From contig CAXGWU010000001.1 in NCBI GenBank assembly GCA_964013565.1, positions 203,788 to 267,787 on the forward strand: a stretch of 64,000 nt of DNA, given 5' to 3'. Positions 9,048-18,216 of this stretch are shown in pieces; within the stretch, counting starts at the first letter, position 1, and each line of letters begins with the position of its first letter. Under the pieces are notes generated by a model. That model was not told the origin of the DNA, did not search any database, and saw only the letters and a list, made by a program, of their open reading frames with translations. The DNA comes from an uncultured Oligoflexia bacterium (lineage in GTDB: Bacteria; Bdellovibrionota; UBA1018; UBA6935). Both the position numbers and the translations under genes were made by a program.

Positions 9048-9990
9048 TGTTTTTTTCCTTTTGGTTTTTGAGATTGTCTGCGCAAGCTGTGAAGGAACTC
9101 TTTGGAAATGGTCCTTCAGTGAGCCGAAAAAACTGCAGATTAAGTTGATACACTTCCGTTGAGTTTTCATTTTTCATTGCTTTTGAAAACTCATTACGAA
9201 ACTTTCGAATCATTTCTTTAGCGAGATCAATTCTTTCTGGATCAATTGCTAAACTACACGACTGAAACTCTCTTTCTGTAAGAGGTTGGCTTTCAACTGC
9301 TTTTTTAGCGAGATCAGAAACCTTTTGATGGTAGGTTTTTGCTCCTTTATGAGCGACATCGTTAGCTGTAGTGACTCTTTGAGCTGTGGTTATGAATTTT
9401 GAATTATTTTTAGTAAGAAGGTTCATCTCCAGGAGACGGTCAATAGCAGCTTTGATTTTGATTTGAGAGACTTTTTTTCCAAGTCTTTGCGAAAGAGAAG
9501 CAGGATCAAATTTTTGATTTTTTAAGCGAGTGGCTGCAAGAAGAAAAGTATAGAGCCAATCAGAGATCACATGAAACTCATCAATTTCTTTTGATTTGAA
9601 TTTTCCCGTAGGAGTTAGTTGTTGTAGCCAAGTTTGGCAAAGTGTTTTTTCTTCAGGCGTTTGTGCTGAATGAAACTGAAGAAGTGCTTGAAAGTAGAGT
9701 TTCTCTTGTGAGGAGAGCTTGAGTCCTTTGACTAAAAAGGAGCCATGCTTTACCCGGAGTGGTCTTTTTCCATGTAGAAGCATCACCAATAATGAGTGAG
9801 ACTTGAGTTCCATTTCTTTAGACCATGCTCTTAAGGAAAATCCAGGTTGAGCATCTTGTCTAGTCTCAAGAGTATCTACCAAGAATTTTCTCGGGTCGGT
9901 ATATTGATATACATCAATGAACTTCATAGATAAGGGGTTATAAGATAAATGATTAGCTGAATCAAAACTTTGTGACAATTCAGGTGACAT
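9040..9990 (-). CDS. TIGR02147-family-like protein (paralogue of 6108..7049)
   Basis: It shares YTDPRKFLVDTLETRQ...FSLRAWSKEMELKSHSLLVMLLHGKRPL and C-terminal VYQLNLQFFRLTE blocks with the 6108..7049 product. Confidence 0.55.
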   Translation of the reverse strand: MSPELSQSFDSANHLSYNPLSMKFIDVYQYTDPRKFLVDTLETRQDAQPGFSLRAWSKEMELKSHSLLVMLLHGKRPLRVKHGSFLVKGLKLSSQEKLYFQALLQFHSAQTPEEKTLCQTWLQQLTPTGKFKSKEIDEFHVISDWLYTFLLAATRLKNQKFDPASLSQRLGKKVSQIKIKAAIDRLLEMNLLTKNNSKFITTAQRVTTANDVAHKGAKTYHQKVSDLAKKAVESQPLTEREFQSCSLAIDPERIDLAKEMIRKFRNEFSKAMKNENSTEVYQLNLQFFRLTEGPFPKSSFTACADNLKNQKEKNND

Positions 9991-10152
9991 TTGTGACCAC
10001 CGAGATTTTACGTTACGAACTCAATTGGATGTCTGGATCTGTGAAAAATTGGATTTTAACCCATTGATTTTATTTAATTATTTATCAACTTTAGCAAGTA
10101 TCTTTAAAATCCGAAAAGTAGTATACTTAATAGATATAGTAATTGGGGTTTC

Positions 10153-10950
10153 ATGGGGAAAAAAAGTACGATTCGCACAATGATCATGACTCTTGCTCTT
10201 GGCGGGATGGTTGCTGCTTGCGCAAAACCTACGACCGGTGAAAGTTATGAGAAGGAGTGTGTCCTTCCCTCAGATCAGTCTGGAACTTTAGAAGGAAGAT
10301 GGTTGAATAACCCAGCCCCTCCCATCTCAGTTGCTTTTCGAACAGGCCATTTTAATAATGAAGAAGCCGCAGCGCTTGTGGCAGCTGCAAGCACGTGGAA
10401 TGATTTTTACCAGTCAGTGAATAACCTTCAACTTTTGAATACGGGAAGTGGAGGAGTCAATACTACGAGTGTAAATGCAGCGGACTTTTCTTGTGCAAGT
10501 AATCTTTCGACTCAAGGGGGAGCGGTTCCCATTTATAAATATGCAGCTTCCAATGCAGAAGGTCTTGGCGATACAGCCAATAGTTGGCCTTATGATAGTG
10601 AAGTGATTGCTTTGACGACTTATTGTCCTTCTGCAGCCTCTCCTTTGGATACTTTTTATAATGCAGTGATTGAAATCAATTATAAAAACTTTTTTTACGC
10701 AGGAAGGGTTCCTGATCTAGAAAGTATTTTTGTTCATGAGTTTGGACATCTTATTGGAGTCAATCATAGCTGTGAAGGAACGGCGAGTTCAGGGGTACCT
10801 AAATGTAGTACTGGACTTGATGTCAATTATCTTTCAGCAGTGATGTTTCCAGCGGTTCAGTTTAGTGGAAACACAGGGATTCCTAGAAGAAGTTTGAATT
10901 CAAATGATCAAGGAAGAGCAAATTGTCTCTACAGTGATTTATTGAATTAA
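10153..10950 (+). CDS. Metzincin-type zinc metalloprotease lipoprotein
   Basis: Signal peptide with lipobox (LGGMVAAC). HEFGHLIGVNHS is an HExxHxxGxxH metzincin zinc-binding motif. Confidence 0.6.
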   Translation: MGKKSTIRTMIMTLALGGMVAACAKPTTGESYEKECVLPSDQSGTLEGRWLNNPAPPISVAFRTGHFNNEEAAALVAAASTWNDFYQSVNNLQLLNTGSGGVNTTSVNAADFSCASNLSTQGGAVPIYKYAASNAEGLGDTANSWPYDSEVIALTTYCPSAASPLDTFYNAVIEINYKNFFYAGRVPDLESIFVHEFGHLIGVNHSCEGTASSGVPKCSTGLDVNYLSAVMFPAVQFSGNTGIPRRSLNSNDQGRANCLYSDLLN

Positions 10951-12366
10951 TCCTTCTTTTTTTAAGAGTGCATGAGCAGAGTCATTTGCATAAACTGCTG
11001 GGATAAAGTTCACAAACTGAGAAATATGACTAATGATACTATTTGATCGTTCCACGAGGAGGGATGGATTTCCTTCTTTTGAAACGATTTTAATTGGATC
11101 TCTTGTTTGATAGAGATTTTGTTTTTTCTCGTTTCTAATGACTTCATCATATCCTTTTGTGAAAATCACATCTTTTTCAGGAATATCGACAAGAATCCAT
11201 TCGGACCCATCCCCTTTTTTTTCTAAAACTTTCTTAAAGTTTTCTACGGTTTTCTCTATTTTGTGAACGAGTTTTGTTTTTTCAGTTTCCGATCTTAAAA
11301 TTTGTGGTTCAAAATCTTCATGTTTTAAGGTCTTTGGTGGGATTCGGTAGATCAGCATTTCTGTGAGTTCATTTGCTTGTTCGTCACGAGAAAGTTTCTC
11401 AAGGCGAATTTGTTGAGAACGGCTCATAAAATAAATGTCATTCCACCCAAAAAAACGTTCGTCTTTTTTCTCAACCATCTCTAATAAATCATGAAATTGA
11501 TAAAATAGATTTTGATCTAAAAAGGACTCAGTAATCGCTGTAGCCATTACATCAAATTTTGCAGAACCAGGGTTTCGAATCACCTGACTGTACCAGCTGT
11601 ATCTAGAAATTAAAAAATCTTCGACCGCGGTGGTTGCGCTTTCTTTTACTCCATATCCAATTTGATGTCCGGCTTCGTAGGTGACTAAGTTTGACAATAC
11701 AAATTCTCTGTCAAACTGACCATATTTGATCCCCGTATAATGAGAATCTCTCATTAAGTAATCCATACGGTCTGCATCGAGGTCGGAGTGCATGAGTTGA
11801 TTCGCAATAAGGTAAGGAGACTCGCCTTTAATAATGTCAGAAATGAGTTGAACATCTAAACCATAATCACTCAAAATTTGAGTAATCCCCCCTTCATAAA
11901 GGGTATTTTTGATAATGAAGGAGCCTAAGTGTTCGTGGCTATTGGGAAGTTTTTTTTGTTTGTCTCGGTTAGCTCTCCCATCATTTCCGTGACGAAGGTA
12001 TGCGTACTCAACAGCATGACTAAATGGAAAGGTTCCTACGTCATGGAGAAGGGCTGCAATTCTTAAACTTTTATGCAAAAGCGCCTTTTCTGAAGTTGAT
12101 TTTGGATCATGAAGTTCTTGATAAGAAACTCCTATTCCAAGTGCGTTGATCATTTGTCCCATTGAGTGCATGACACCGATCGCATGAGAGAACCGATTGT
12201 GTTCTGCTCCCGGAAAAATGTATGTTGAAAACCCAAGTTGTCGGATCCAGCGAAGCCTTTGGTAAAATGGAGAGTTGATAATTTTTTCTTCCCATTCTGT
12301 GATCGGAATAAATCCGTACAGAACGTCAAAGATCGCACGATCAGAATTTTTTGCAGGTGTATTCAT
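10939..12366 (-). CDS. dgt: dGTPase-like dNTP triphosphohydrolase (HD domain)
   Basis: HD motifs NRFSHAIGVMHS and LLHDVGTFPFSH (HD...PFxH) are typical of the Dgt family. The start overlaps the thrS stop, suggesting a thrS-dgt operon. Confidence 0.65.
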   Translation of the reverse strand: MNTPAKNSDRAIFDVLYGFIPITEWEEKIINSPFYQRLRWIRQLGFSTYIFPGAEHNRFSHAIGVMHSMGQMINALGIGVSYQELHDPKSTSEKALLHKSLRIAALLHDVGTFPFSHAVEYAYLRHGNDGRANRDKQKKLPNSHEHLGSFIIKNTLYEGGITQILSDYGLDVQLISDIIKGESPYLIANQLMHSDLDADRMDYLMRDSHYTGIKYGQFDREFVLSNLVTYEAGHQIGYGVKESATTAVEDFLISRYSWYSQVIRNPGSAKFDVMATAITESFLDQNLFYQFHDLLEMVEKKDERFFGWNDIYFMSRSQQIRLEKLSRDEQANELTEMLIYRIPPKTLKHEDFEPQILRSETEKTKLVHKIEKTVENFKKVLEKKGDGSEWILVDIPEKDVIFTKGYDEVIRNEKKQNLYQTRDPIKIVSKEGNPSLLVERSNSIISHISQFVNFIPAVYANDSAHALLKKEGLIQ

Positions 12367-12369
12367 AGA

Positions 12370-14154
12370 CTAAGAGCGAGGTGAGCCTTTCTGTATGAGT
12401 TCTTGAAAAAGTTGGATGATTTCATCCTGAGAGAGCACCTCTGATTCTCTCTCTCCATATTTTCGTACAGCAAAGGCACCTTTTTCAAGTTCTCGATCAC
12501 CTGCAATCAAAGAAAATGGGATTTTCGATTTTTGAGCTTCTCTGGTCTTCAATCCCATGGATTCATTTCGATCATCGACCTCAACTCGAAGTCCTTGTTT
12601 TTCTAGAGTTGATTTGAATTCGTGGCAGTATTTAGCGTGAGCGTCATTAATGGCAATGATTCTTGCTTGAACAGGACTGAGCCAGAATGGAAATGCGCCA
12701 CCCGTATGCTCAATTAAGATCCCAAAAAACCTCTCCAAAGATCCTAGAACCGCGCGATGGACCATGACCGGTTGATGAGATTCGTTGTCGTTTCCTGTAT
12801 ATTTTAAGTCAAATCGATCAGGGAGCGTAAAGTCTAATTGAATGGTTCCTAGTTGATGATTCCTTTTGAGAGCATCTCTTACATTGAAGTCAATTTTAGG
12901 TCCATAAAATGCACCGTCTCCTGGATTAATTTCATAAGGATGATCCAAGCTATCAAGAACATTTTTTAATGCATTTTCAGCTTTATCCCATAACTCATCA
13001 GAGCCTACTTTTTTCTCAGGACGAGTCGATAAAAAGATTTTAACCTCATCAAAACCAAATGTTTCATAAGTATCCAAAATCATTTTTACGGTATTTTTGA
13101 TTTCGGATTCTATTTGGTCGGGAGTACAGAAAATATGGGCATCATCTTGGCAAAAAGTTCGGCAACGAGTGATTCCCGCAGTGACTCCTGATTTTTCATA
13201 GCGATGAAGTCTTCCAAAGTCAGCAATTCTTAATGGGAGGTCCCGATAAGATCTCTTTTGAGTCGAGTAGATGAGTGTGTGAGCAGGACAGTTCATCGGT
13301 TTCATTGCATATTCTCGATCATCAATTTCAGTGAAATACATATTTTCTTTGTAGTTTTCGTAGTGTCCACTGGTATGCCACAGCTGTACATCCATCACTT
13401 GAGGTGTGATGACTTCTTGATAATCGTAAGTTTTGTAAAGCTCTCTGACGTAATTTTGTAAAAGTCGATAAATCAAAGCTCCTTTTGCATGAAAGAAAGG
13501 GCTTGCTGGAGCGACATCGTGAAATGAAAATAAATCAAGTTCCTTTCCAAGTTTTCGATGGTCTCTTTTTTTTGCTTCTTCGAGGAGATGGAGATGTTCT
13601 TTGAGTTCCTCTTGAGTTTCAAAAGCAACCCCATAAATTCTTTGAAGCATCTTATTTTTTTCGTCTCCTCGCCAATAGGCTCCAGCGACTGACATGAGTT
13701 TGAACGCTTTTATTTTTGAGGTGCTTTCGACGTGAGGACCTCTGCAGAGGTCTACAAAATCGCCTTCGCCGTAAGTAGAAACGTGAGTTTGACCCAGTTG
13801 GTCTCTGAGATTTTCGATAATTTCGACTTTGTAATTTTGTTTTTTCTCTTTGAAAAATTCGATGGCTTCTTCAATGGTATGCTCTTTTCTTTCAAAAAGA
13901 GCATTGGCACCTATGAGTTTTTTCATTTGTTTTTCAATTTTAGAAAGATCTTCTTTTTGAAGTTGGTAATCTAAGTCTACGTCATAATAGAATCCATCTT
14001 CAATGGTAGGACCAATACCAAACTGAGCCTCTGGCCAAAGCTTCTGAATGGCATGAGCCATGACGTGAGCACAAGAGTGTCTCATGACTTCAACGGGGCT
14101 ATTCATTTCAGGTTCTTTAAAATCATCAACGCTTTTACTCATAATCCCAGACAC
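12370..14154 (-). CDS. thrS: Threonine--tRNA ligase (short form lacking the N-terminal TGS domain)
   Basis: RHSCAHVMAHAIQKLWPEAQFGIGPTIEDGFYYD and class II synthetase motifs align with E. coli ThrRS from about residue 65 onward. The more likely start is the ATG at 14142. Confidence 0.9.
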   Translation of the reverse strand: MSGIMSKSVDDFKEPEMNSPVEVMRHSCAHVMAHAIQKLWPEAQFGIGPTIEDGFYYDVDLDYQLQKEDLSKIEKQMKKLIGANALFERKEHTIEEAIEFFKEKKQNYKVEIIENLRDQLGQTHVSTYGEGDFVDLCRGPHVESTSKIKAFKLMSVAGAYWRGDEKNKMLQRIYGVAFETQEELKEHLHLLEEAKKRDHRKLGKELDLFSFHDVAPASPFFHAKGALIYRLLQNYVRELYKTYDYQEVITPQVMDVQLWHTSGHYENYKENMYFTEIDDREYAMKPMNCPAHTLIYSTQKRSYRDLPLRIADFGRLHRYEKSGVTAGITRCRTFCQDDAHIFCTPDQIESEIKNTVKMILDTYETFGFDEVKIFLSTRPEKKVGSDELWDKAENALKNVLDSLDHPYEINPGDGAFYGPKIDFNVRDALKRNHQLGTIQLDFTLPDRFDLKYTGNDNESHQPVMVHRAVLGSLERFFGILIEHTGGAFPFWLSPVQARIIAINDAHAKYCHEFKSTLEKQGLRVEVDDRNESMGLKTREAQKSKIPFSLIAGDRELEKGAFAVRKYGERESEVLSQDEIIQLFQELIQKGSPRS

Positions 14155-14372
14155 TTAACACGAAGTGTACAGATAAGGGAGGGGATTTTGGCTTTTAATG
14201 AAGGAGAGTACTTAAAATAAACTAAAACACTGTGTCGCTTGGGGCAGTCATGATGTCTCCTGGTTCATGAACATAGCCCCTTCATGTGGTTGCAAAAATT
14301 ACAGAAATTTCGAATGGCCGGCTAGGAGCATTTGGACGGTTTTAGAACTGTAGGTGCGGAGTCTTTGTCCAC

Positions 14373-14397
14373 AAAAAAACCCGAAGATTTGCCCGGG
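14373..14397 (-). terminator. Terminator/attenuator-like hairpin (cccggg-caaauc-uucggg followed by U7) inside the thrS leader
   Basis: Reverse complement reads cccgggcaaatcttcgggttttttt. It lies about 220 nt upstream of the thrS start on the same strand. Confidence 0.4.
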
Positions 14398-14526
14398 ACT
14401 CTATTTAATTAATAGGTATTTTCAATAAGTTATACCTCATGTTTACAATTAAATTAAAATAATCAAGTATTTGGCTTTACCTGACGATAAGCATACTGTA
14501 CTGGTGCTAAATATTCAGGAGTCATT

Positions 14527-15798
14527 ATGGATATAAAAAGTCGCGGAAAAACTAACCCTCCTCCAAGGATTTTGGAGTACAGAAAGCAAGTAAAGATATT
14601 TGCTGCTTGTGTAAAGTATTTTTCCTATTTTCTATTATTCATTTTTGGAATCTCGATCGTCTATTTTTTTACCAAACAAGATAGCAAGGCTGCTGCTGGA
14701 GTCATAGCTATTGGAATTGCGTGGTTCATAATTTACCTGGAATATTTATTGTTATTAAGACCTCTGGCAATCAGTAAAATACAAGTTTATGAGGATAGAG
14801 TTTTTATCAGACGGGGAAAGAAAGAGATTACCATTCCTTTTGATGAGGTTGTGGAGTTTAAAGCTGCGGTAAATAAAAATTTCGGTGGCTGGTTTAAACT
14901 CGTTTTAAAAAACAAGAAAAAGTATCGTTTTACCATTGTACTAGAAAGAGCTGATTACATTTTAGATGCTGTCGTTAAGTATAATCCAAGCCTAATGGAA
15001 GAAGAGAAATACTTGAAACTAAGAAAGCATCTCATTTTATCAGATCATGTTATGGGTCGGCTCTATGATATGTTTGGAAAAAAATATCGTTTGATTACAT
15101 TTTCTCATTTTGTGCTTTTACCTGTAGTGTTTTTTGCAATGCTTTATTTGAAGCAAAGCGGTCAATTTATAATACAAAGTCCTTTTCTATACTTTATGAA
15201 AATTGGAGAGTGGACTCTTATTTATATGTGTGTGCTCTGGACAGTTTTTGCTTTGATAATCAATACAATTATCGACAAGCATGCAATAAATAGAATGAAA
15301 GAAGATATTGATGATAAGAGCAGAGACATTGAGTATGAGTCAAAAATCTATAAAAAATTTTTTCCAGCTTACTTAGTTTTACTGTTAGCCTTCTTTGGAG
15401 GCATATATCAAACTAATTTTAATACTTTAGGGACCACTTCTTTGGTCAAAGGTTCGAAAGAACTGAATATAAATTCAGGTCAAAGATTGTGGTATGATTC
15501 ACGTTATAACTGCACCGATTGCGACCATAAGCTAAAGCCAAATGATTTAGTTGTGACCCGTGTGGGAGTAGGGAAAGTAGTCGCTCTTCCTGATGAAAGA
15601 GTTACTGTGAACGTTATTAAAAAAGATAGGGATAAACAAGGACGCTCTATTGGTAGTGTTGAAGAAAAACAGGTTCCGCTGAAAAGCATCGCTATAAAAA
15701 CTGCCAATGGTAAAACAATTATTATTAAAAATATGTACATTAGAGGGAAAATTTTTAGAGAAATGGACTTACCTAAAGTATTGAGACAGATTTTTTGA
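14527..15798 (+). CDS. Polytopic membrane protein, hypothetical
   Basis: It has several hydrophobic helices. The C-terminal soluble region has weak signal-peptidase-I-like fragments (DSRY, VVTRVGVGKVVALPDERV), but this is not convincing. Confidence 0.4.
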   Translation: MDIKSRGKTNPPPRILEYRKQVKIFAACVKYFSYFLLFIFGISIVYFFTKQDSKAAAGVIAIGIAWFIIYLEYLLLLRPLAISKIQVYEDRVFIRRGKKEITIPFDEVVEFKAAVNKNFGGWFKLVLKNKKKYRFTIVLERADYILDAVVKYNPSLMEEEKYLKLRKHLILSDHVMGRLYDMFGKKYRLITFSHFVLLPVVFFAMLYLKQSGQFIIQSPFLYFMKIGEWTLIYMCVLWTVFALIINTIIDKHAINRMKEDIDDKSRDIEYESKIYKKFFPAYLVLLLAFFGGIYQTNFNTLGTTSLVKGSKELNINSGQRLWYDSRYNCTDCDHKLKPNDLVVTRVGVGKVVALPDERVTVNVIKKDRDKQGRSIGSVEEKQVPLKSIAIKTANGKTIIIKNMYIRGKIFREMDLPKVLRQIF

Positions 15799-16010
15799 GC
15801 GGTTAACTCTTTTCATATCAACTCAAAAATAAAAATCTTCATTTAGATTCAGACTTTTACATCGTAGGTCCAGGGAATATGAAAAATGAGATTCGTGTAT
15901 TTTTAAAGGAAAATGGAGTTTCTGAAGAAAGAATCCATACTGAAAACTGGTAGTTTTCAGAAAATAAAAACTTTCTTTCTTTTTTTTTATTTTAGAATAA
16001 AACCCTTTTT

Positions 16011-16508
16011 ATGAATTTAATGAGTTTGAGACCTGCAGATGAAGACGATATAGAATCCATGGTGAGAATTGAAAAGTCGGTTCATCCGTCCCCTTGGAAT
16101 GCTCAACATTTTTTAGAAGAGTTAAATAAATCATTTTCGACGCTTTGGGTTTATACGGATGATGAAACGGATTCACTTGTTTATGGCTATATTTGTTTTT
16201 GGGAGATGGATAAAGAACTTCAAATTTTAAATGTTGCAGTCGATCCTCAAAAAAAGCGACAAGGACTTGGGCATGGATTAGTTCAAAAAGTCATTTCTTA
16301 TGGGATAAAAAATCAACTCAAACGAATTTTTTTAAATGTCAGAAAATCCAATGACCCAGCAATTGCACTTTATCAAAAGTGCCAGTTTCAAATTACTCAC
16401 GTAAGAAAGAATTTTTATAGTCACTCAGAAGATGCTTATGAAATGGAAGTTCGGTTGGACGGTGGAGAGAGGGTTCCAGAAGTACCTGTTTCAAGAAAGA
16501 TTCATTGA
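16011..16508 (+). CDS. rimI: GNAT N-acetyltransferase, RimI-like (ribosomal protein alanine acetyltransferase)
   Basis: LNVAVDPQKKRQGLGHGLV (acetyl-CoA binding Q/RxxGxG/A motif). Size is 165 aa. Confidence 0.6.
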   Translation: MNLMSLRPADEDDIESMVRIEKSVHPSPWNAQHFLEELNKSFSTLWVYTDDETDSLVYGYICFWEMDKELQILNVAVDPQKKRQGLGHGLVQKVISYGIKNQLKRIFLNVRKSNDPAIALYQKCQFQITHVRKNFYSHSEDAYEMEVRLDGGERVPEVPVSRKIH

Positions 16509-16519
16509 GTTTTGTTGGT

Positions 16520-17371
16520 CTAAATGAAAGACAAGAGGAGTTCTCTAATCATCATTGAAAGTGCTTCTGCCACTTTTGGTGCCAGGGTGCCGTCCGAAGT
16601 GCCATTAACGGATCGAGACTGAAACTGTATTTCTGCAGTACTTTCAGAAAAGAGTCTTATTCCGCCTCCATAGATTCCTTGAGAATTTGGAAGAGCACTA
16701 TTTTGTCTTTTTGCGAGGAGTTGGAAATGTCCACCTCTTCTAATGAGAGTATGCGGGGTAGGTTCGCGCTGATTTGTTTTAGCACCCTCTCCAATACCAA
16801 GGATGAGTATTGGAAGTTTTTCATTTTGTAAATGAAACATTTCTACAATAAATGGAAAATATGTATCTTCATGTAGATTTAAATGTTCTCTCATTTCATC
16901 AATATTTCTGTAAGAAGCGGTAGTCCCGTCTGTTTTTTGATGTGTAATTTCTCCACTATTTGGGTCAAAAACAAATGAATCAACAAGGGTAATAGAATGA
17001 TAAAGAGCAGTGTTTTGTGCGTTTCTTTGAATGGGTAGATTCGCATTTTGTTGAAGGGTGGGGAAAACGCTTTGAGCTATTGTATTTGTATTAATATTAC
17101 TTCCATTGAAGAGCTTTTTTAGAAAAGTTGAGTTGTTATTTTTCGTGTTTAATAATGTATGCGGGGTGATTTGAAGTACTGGGTTTTCATTGTTCCTTAA
17201 AGATAAGGTCTTTGGCTGCATTACTTGGAAGGGACCTTGATTTTTATTACTGATCAGAAAAGATCCTGGCCGGAGTTTTTTTGATTCCTGTAAGAAAATT
17301 TTCGGGCATATTGCCGAATGAGAATGGGGTAAGCAAAAAAATGAGACAACTAAGAGGATGCTGGTTTTCAT
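16520..17371 (-). CDS. Secreted hypothetical protein (Asn/Gln-rich)
   Basis: Signal peptide MKTSILLVVSFFCLPHSHSA. No known motifs. Confidence 0.4.
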   Translation of the reverse strand: MKTSILLVVSFFCLPHSHSAICPKIFLQESKKLRPGSFLISNKNQGPFQVMQPKTLSLRNNENPVLQITPHTLLNTKNNNSTFLKKLFNGSNINTNTIAQSVFPTLQQNANLPIQRNAQNTALYHSITLVDSFVFDPNSGEITHQKTDGTTASYRNIDEMREHLNLHEDTYFPFIVEMFHLQNEKLPILILGIGEGAKTNQREPTPHTLIRRGGHFQLLAKRQNSALPNSQGIYGGGIRLFSESTAEIQFQSRSVNGTSDGTLAPKVAEALSMMIRELLLSFI

Positions 17372-17473
17372 AGCGTATTCATACTTTAGTTTATTTGATT
17401 TATCAACTATTTAAAAACTAAATTAAATCAAATAGTTAGGTGCGATTCAGATTGAATAAAAAGAGGTATGTGA

Positions 17474-18016
17474 GTGTTTCTTAAAAAAAATCCTTATTTT
17501 CCGATAGGTAGAAGAGGAAAGACTCTTATGAAAAATTCTTTAGACCTTGTATTTGAGCAGACCGTTGAAGGTCATGACGAAGCCAAAATAGAGCTGAATC
17601 CCGGAAAAAAAATGAGATGTTGGGAATCTTTGATTGAGCGAATGGTATCAGACTGTTCTTATCAGGAATTTATGGCTGAGGCCGCTTTTCGATTAGCTCA
17701 AGACTTAGAAGGTACCGGGGGAATTTTTGTGGAGGTTGATGATCCTTCTTATGGGGCTTGGGTTGAGAATTTTTGTGGCCCTAGACAACCGTATATGGGG
17801 ACCAAAGAACAATGGTCAGGTCCTCTTCGAGAGCACTCAGATTCACATCTTCTTGTGCTTCCATGGTGTTATGAAGGGAATCCACAGGGCATTTGGATGG
17901 TCGATCGGATAGAGCCTTTTACCGAGTCTGAAATTGACGGTGTCCGTGAATGCCTCGAAGTGACGAGTCCACTCTTTTATATTCGAAAACATATCGAACA
18001 ATCCACAGCTGCCTAA
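17474..18016 (+). CDS. Hypothetical cytoplasmic protein
   Basis: The ORF track start is GTG. An alternative ATG at 17528 (MKNSLDLV) follows a GAGGAAAG purine-rich stretch (SD-like). Confidence 0.4.
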   Translation: MFLKKNPYFPIGRRGKTLMKNSLDLVFEQTVEGHDEAKIELNPGKKMRCWESLIERMVSDCSYQEFMAEAAFRLAQDLEGTGGIFVEVDDPSYGAWVENFCGPRQPYMGTKEQWSGPLREHSDSHLLVLPWCYEGNPQGIWMVDRIEPFTESEIDGVRECLEVTSPLFYIRKHIEQSTAA

Positions 18017-18181
18017 TTTACTCAGCTGAAAATGTTGATTTTTTTTGGTTTGCTGGGTTGACGGATAGAATAACGCAATGCATAACTTTCAATAAGAAAA
18101 CGGAGTGAGATTCTTACTCCCCCAGCCTGAGAGACTGGGATTTCTTCAGTTAAATTTGTCTCAAAAGTAGAGAGAGGGGAC

Positions 18182-18216
18182 ACAGGTGAATTTCACAAGG
18201 AGTGGAATTCACCTGT
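18182..18216 (+). promoter_or_regulatory. Perfect 11-bp inverted repeat (acaggtgaatt/aattcacctgt, 13-nt loop containing AAGGAG) immediately upstream of the queC SD
   Basis: The repeat is seen directly in the sequence. It is preceded by two further hairpins at 18101-18140. It is a candidate operator or RNA regulatory hairpin. Confidence 0.35.

Noticed and set aside
12107-12338. Small minus-strand ORFs overlapping the HD-domain gene
   Set aside because: They are out-of-frame overlaps with a conserved-motif-bearing gene and are most likely spurious.
14155-14526. T-box riboswitch upstream of thrS
   Set aside because: No AGGGUGGNACCGCG T-box consensus or specifier-loop architecture is recognisable. 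It is kept only as a generic leader/attenuator candidate.
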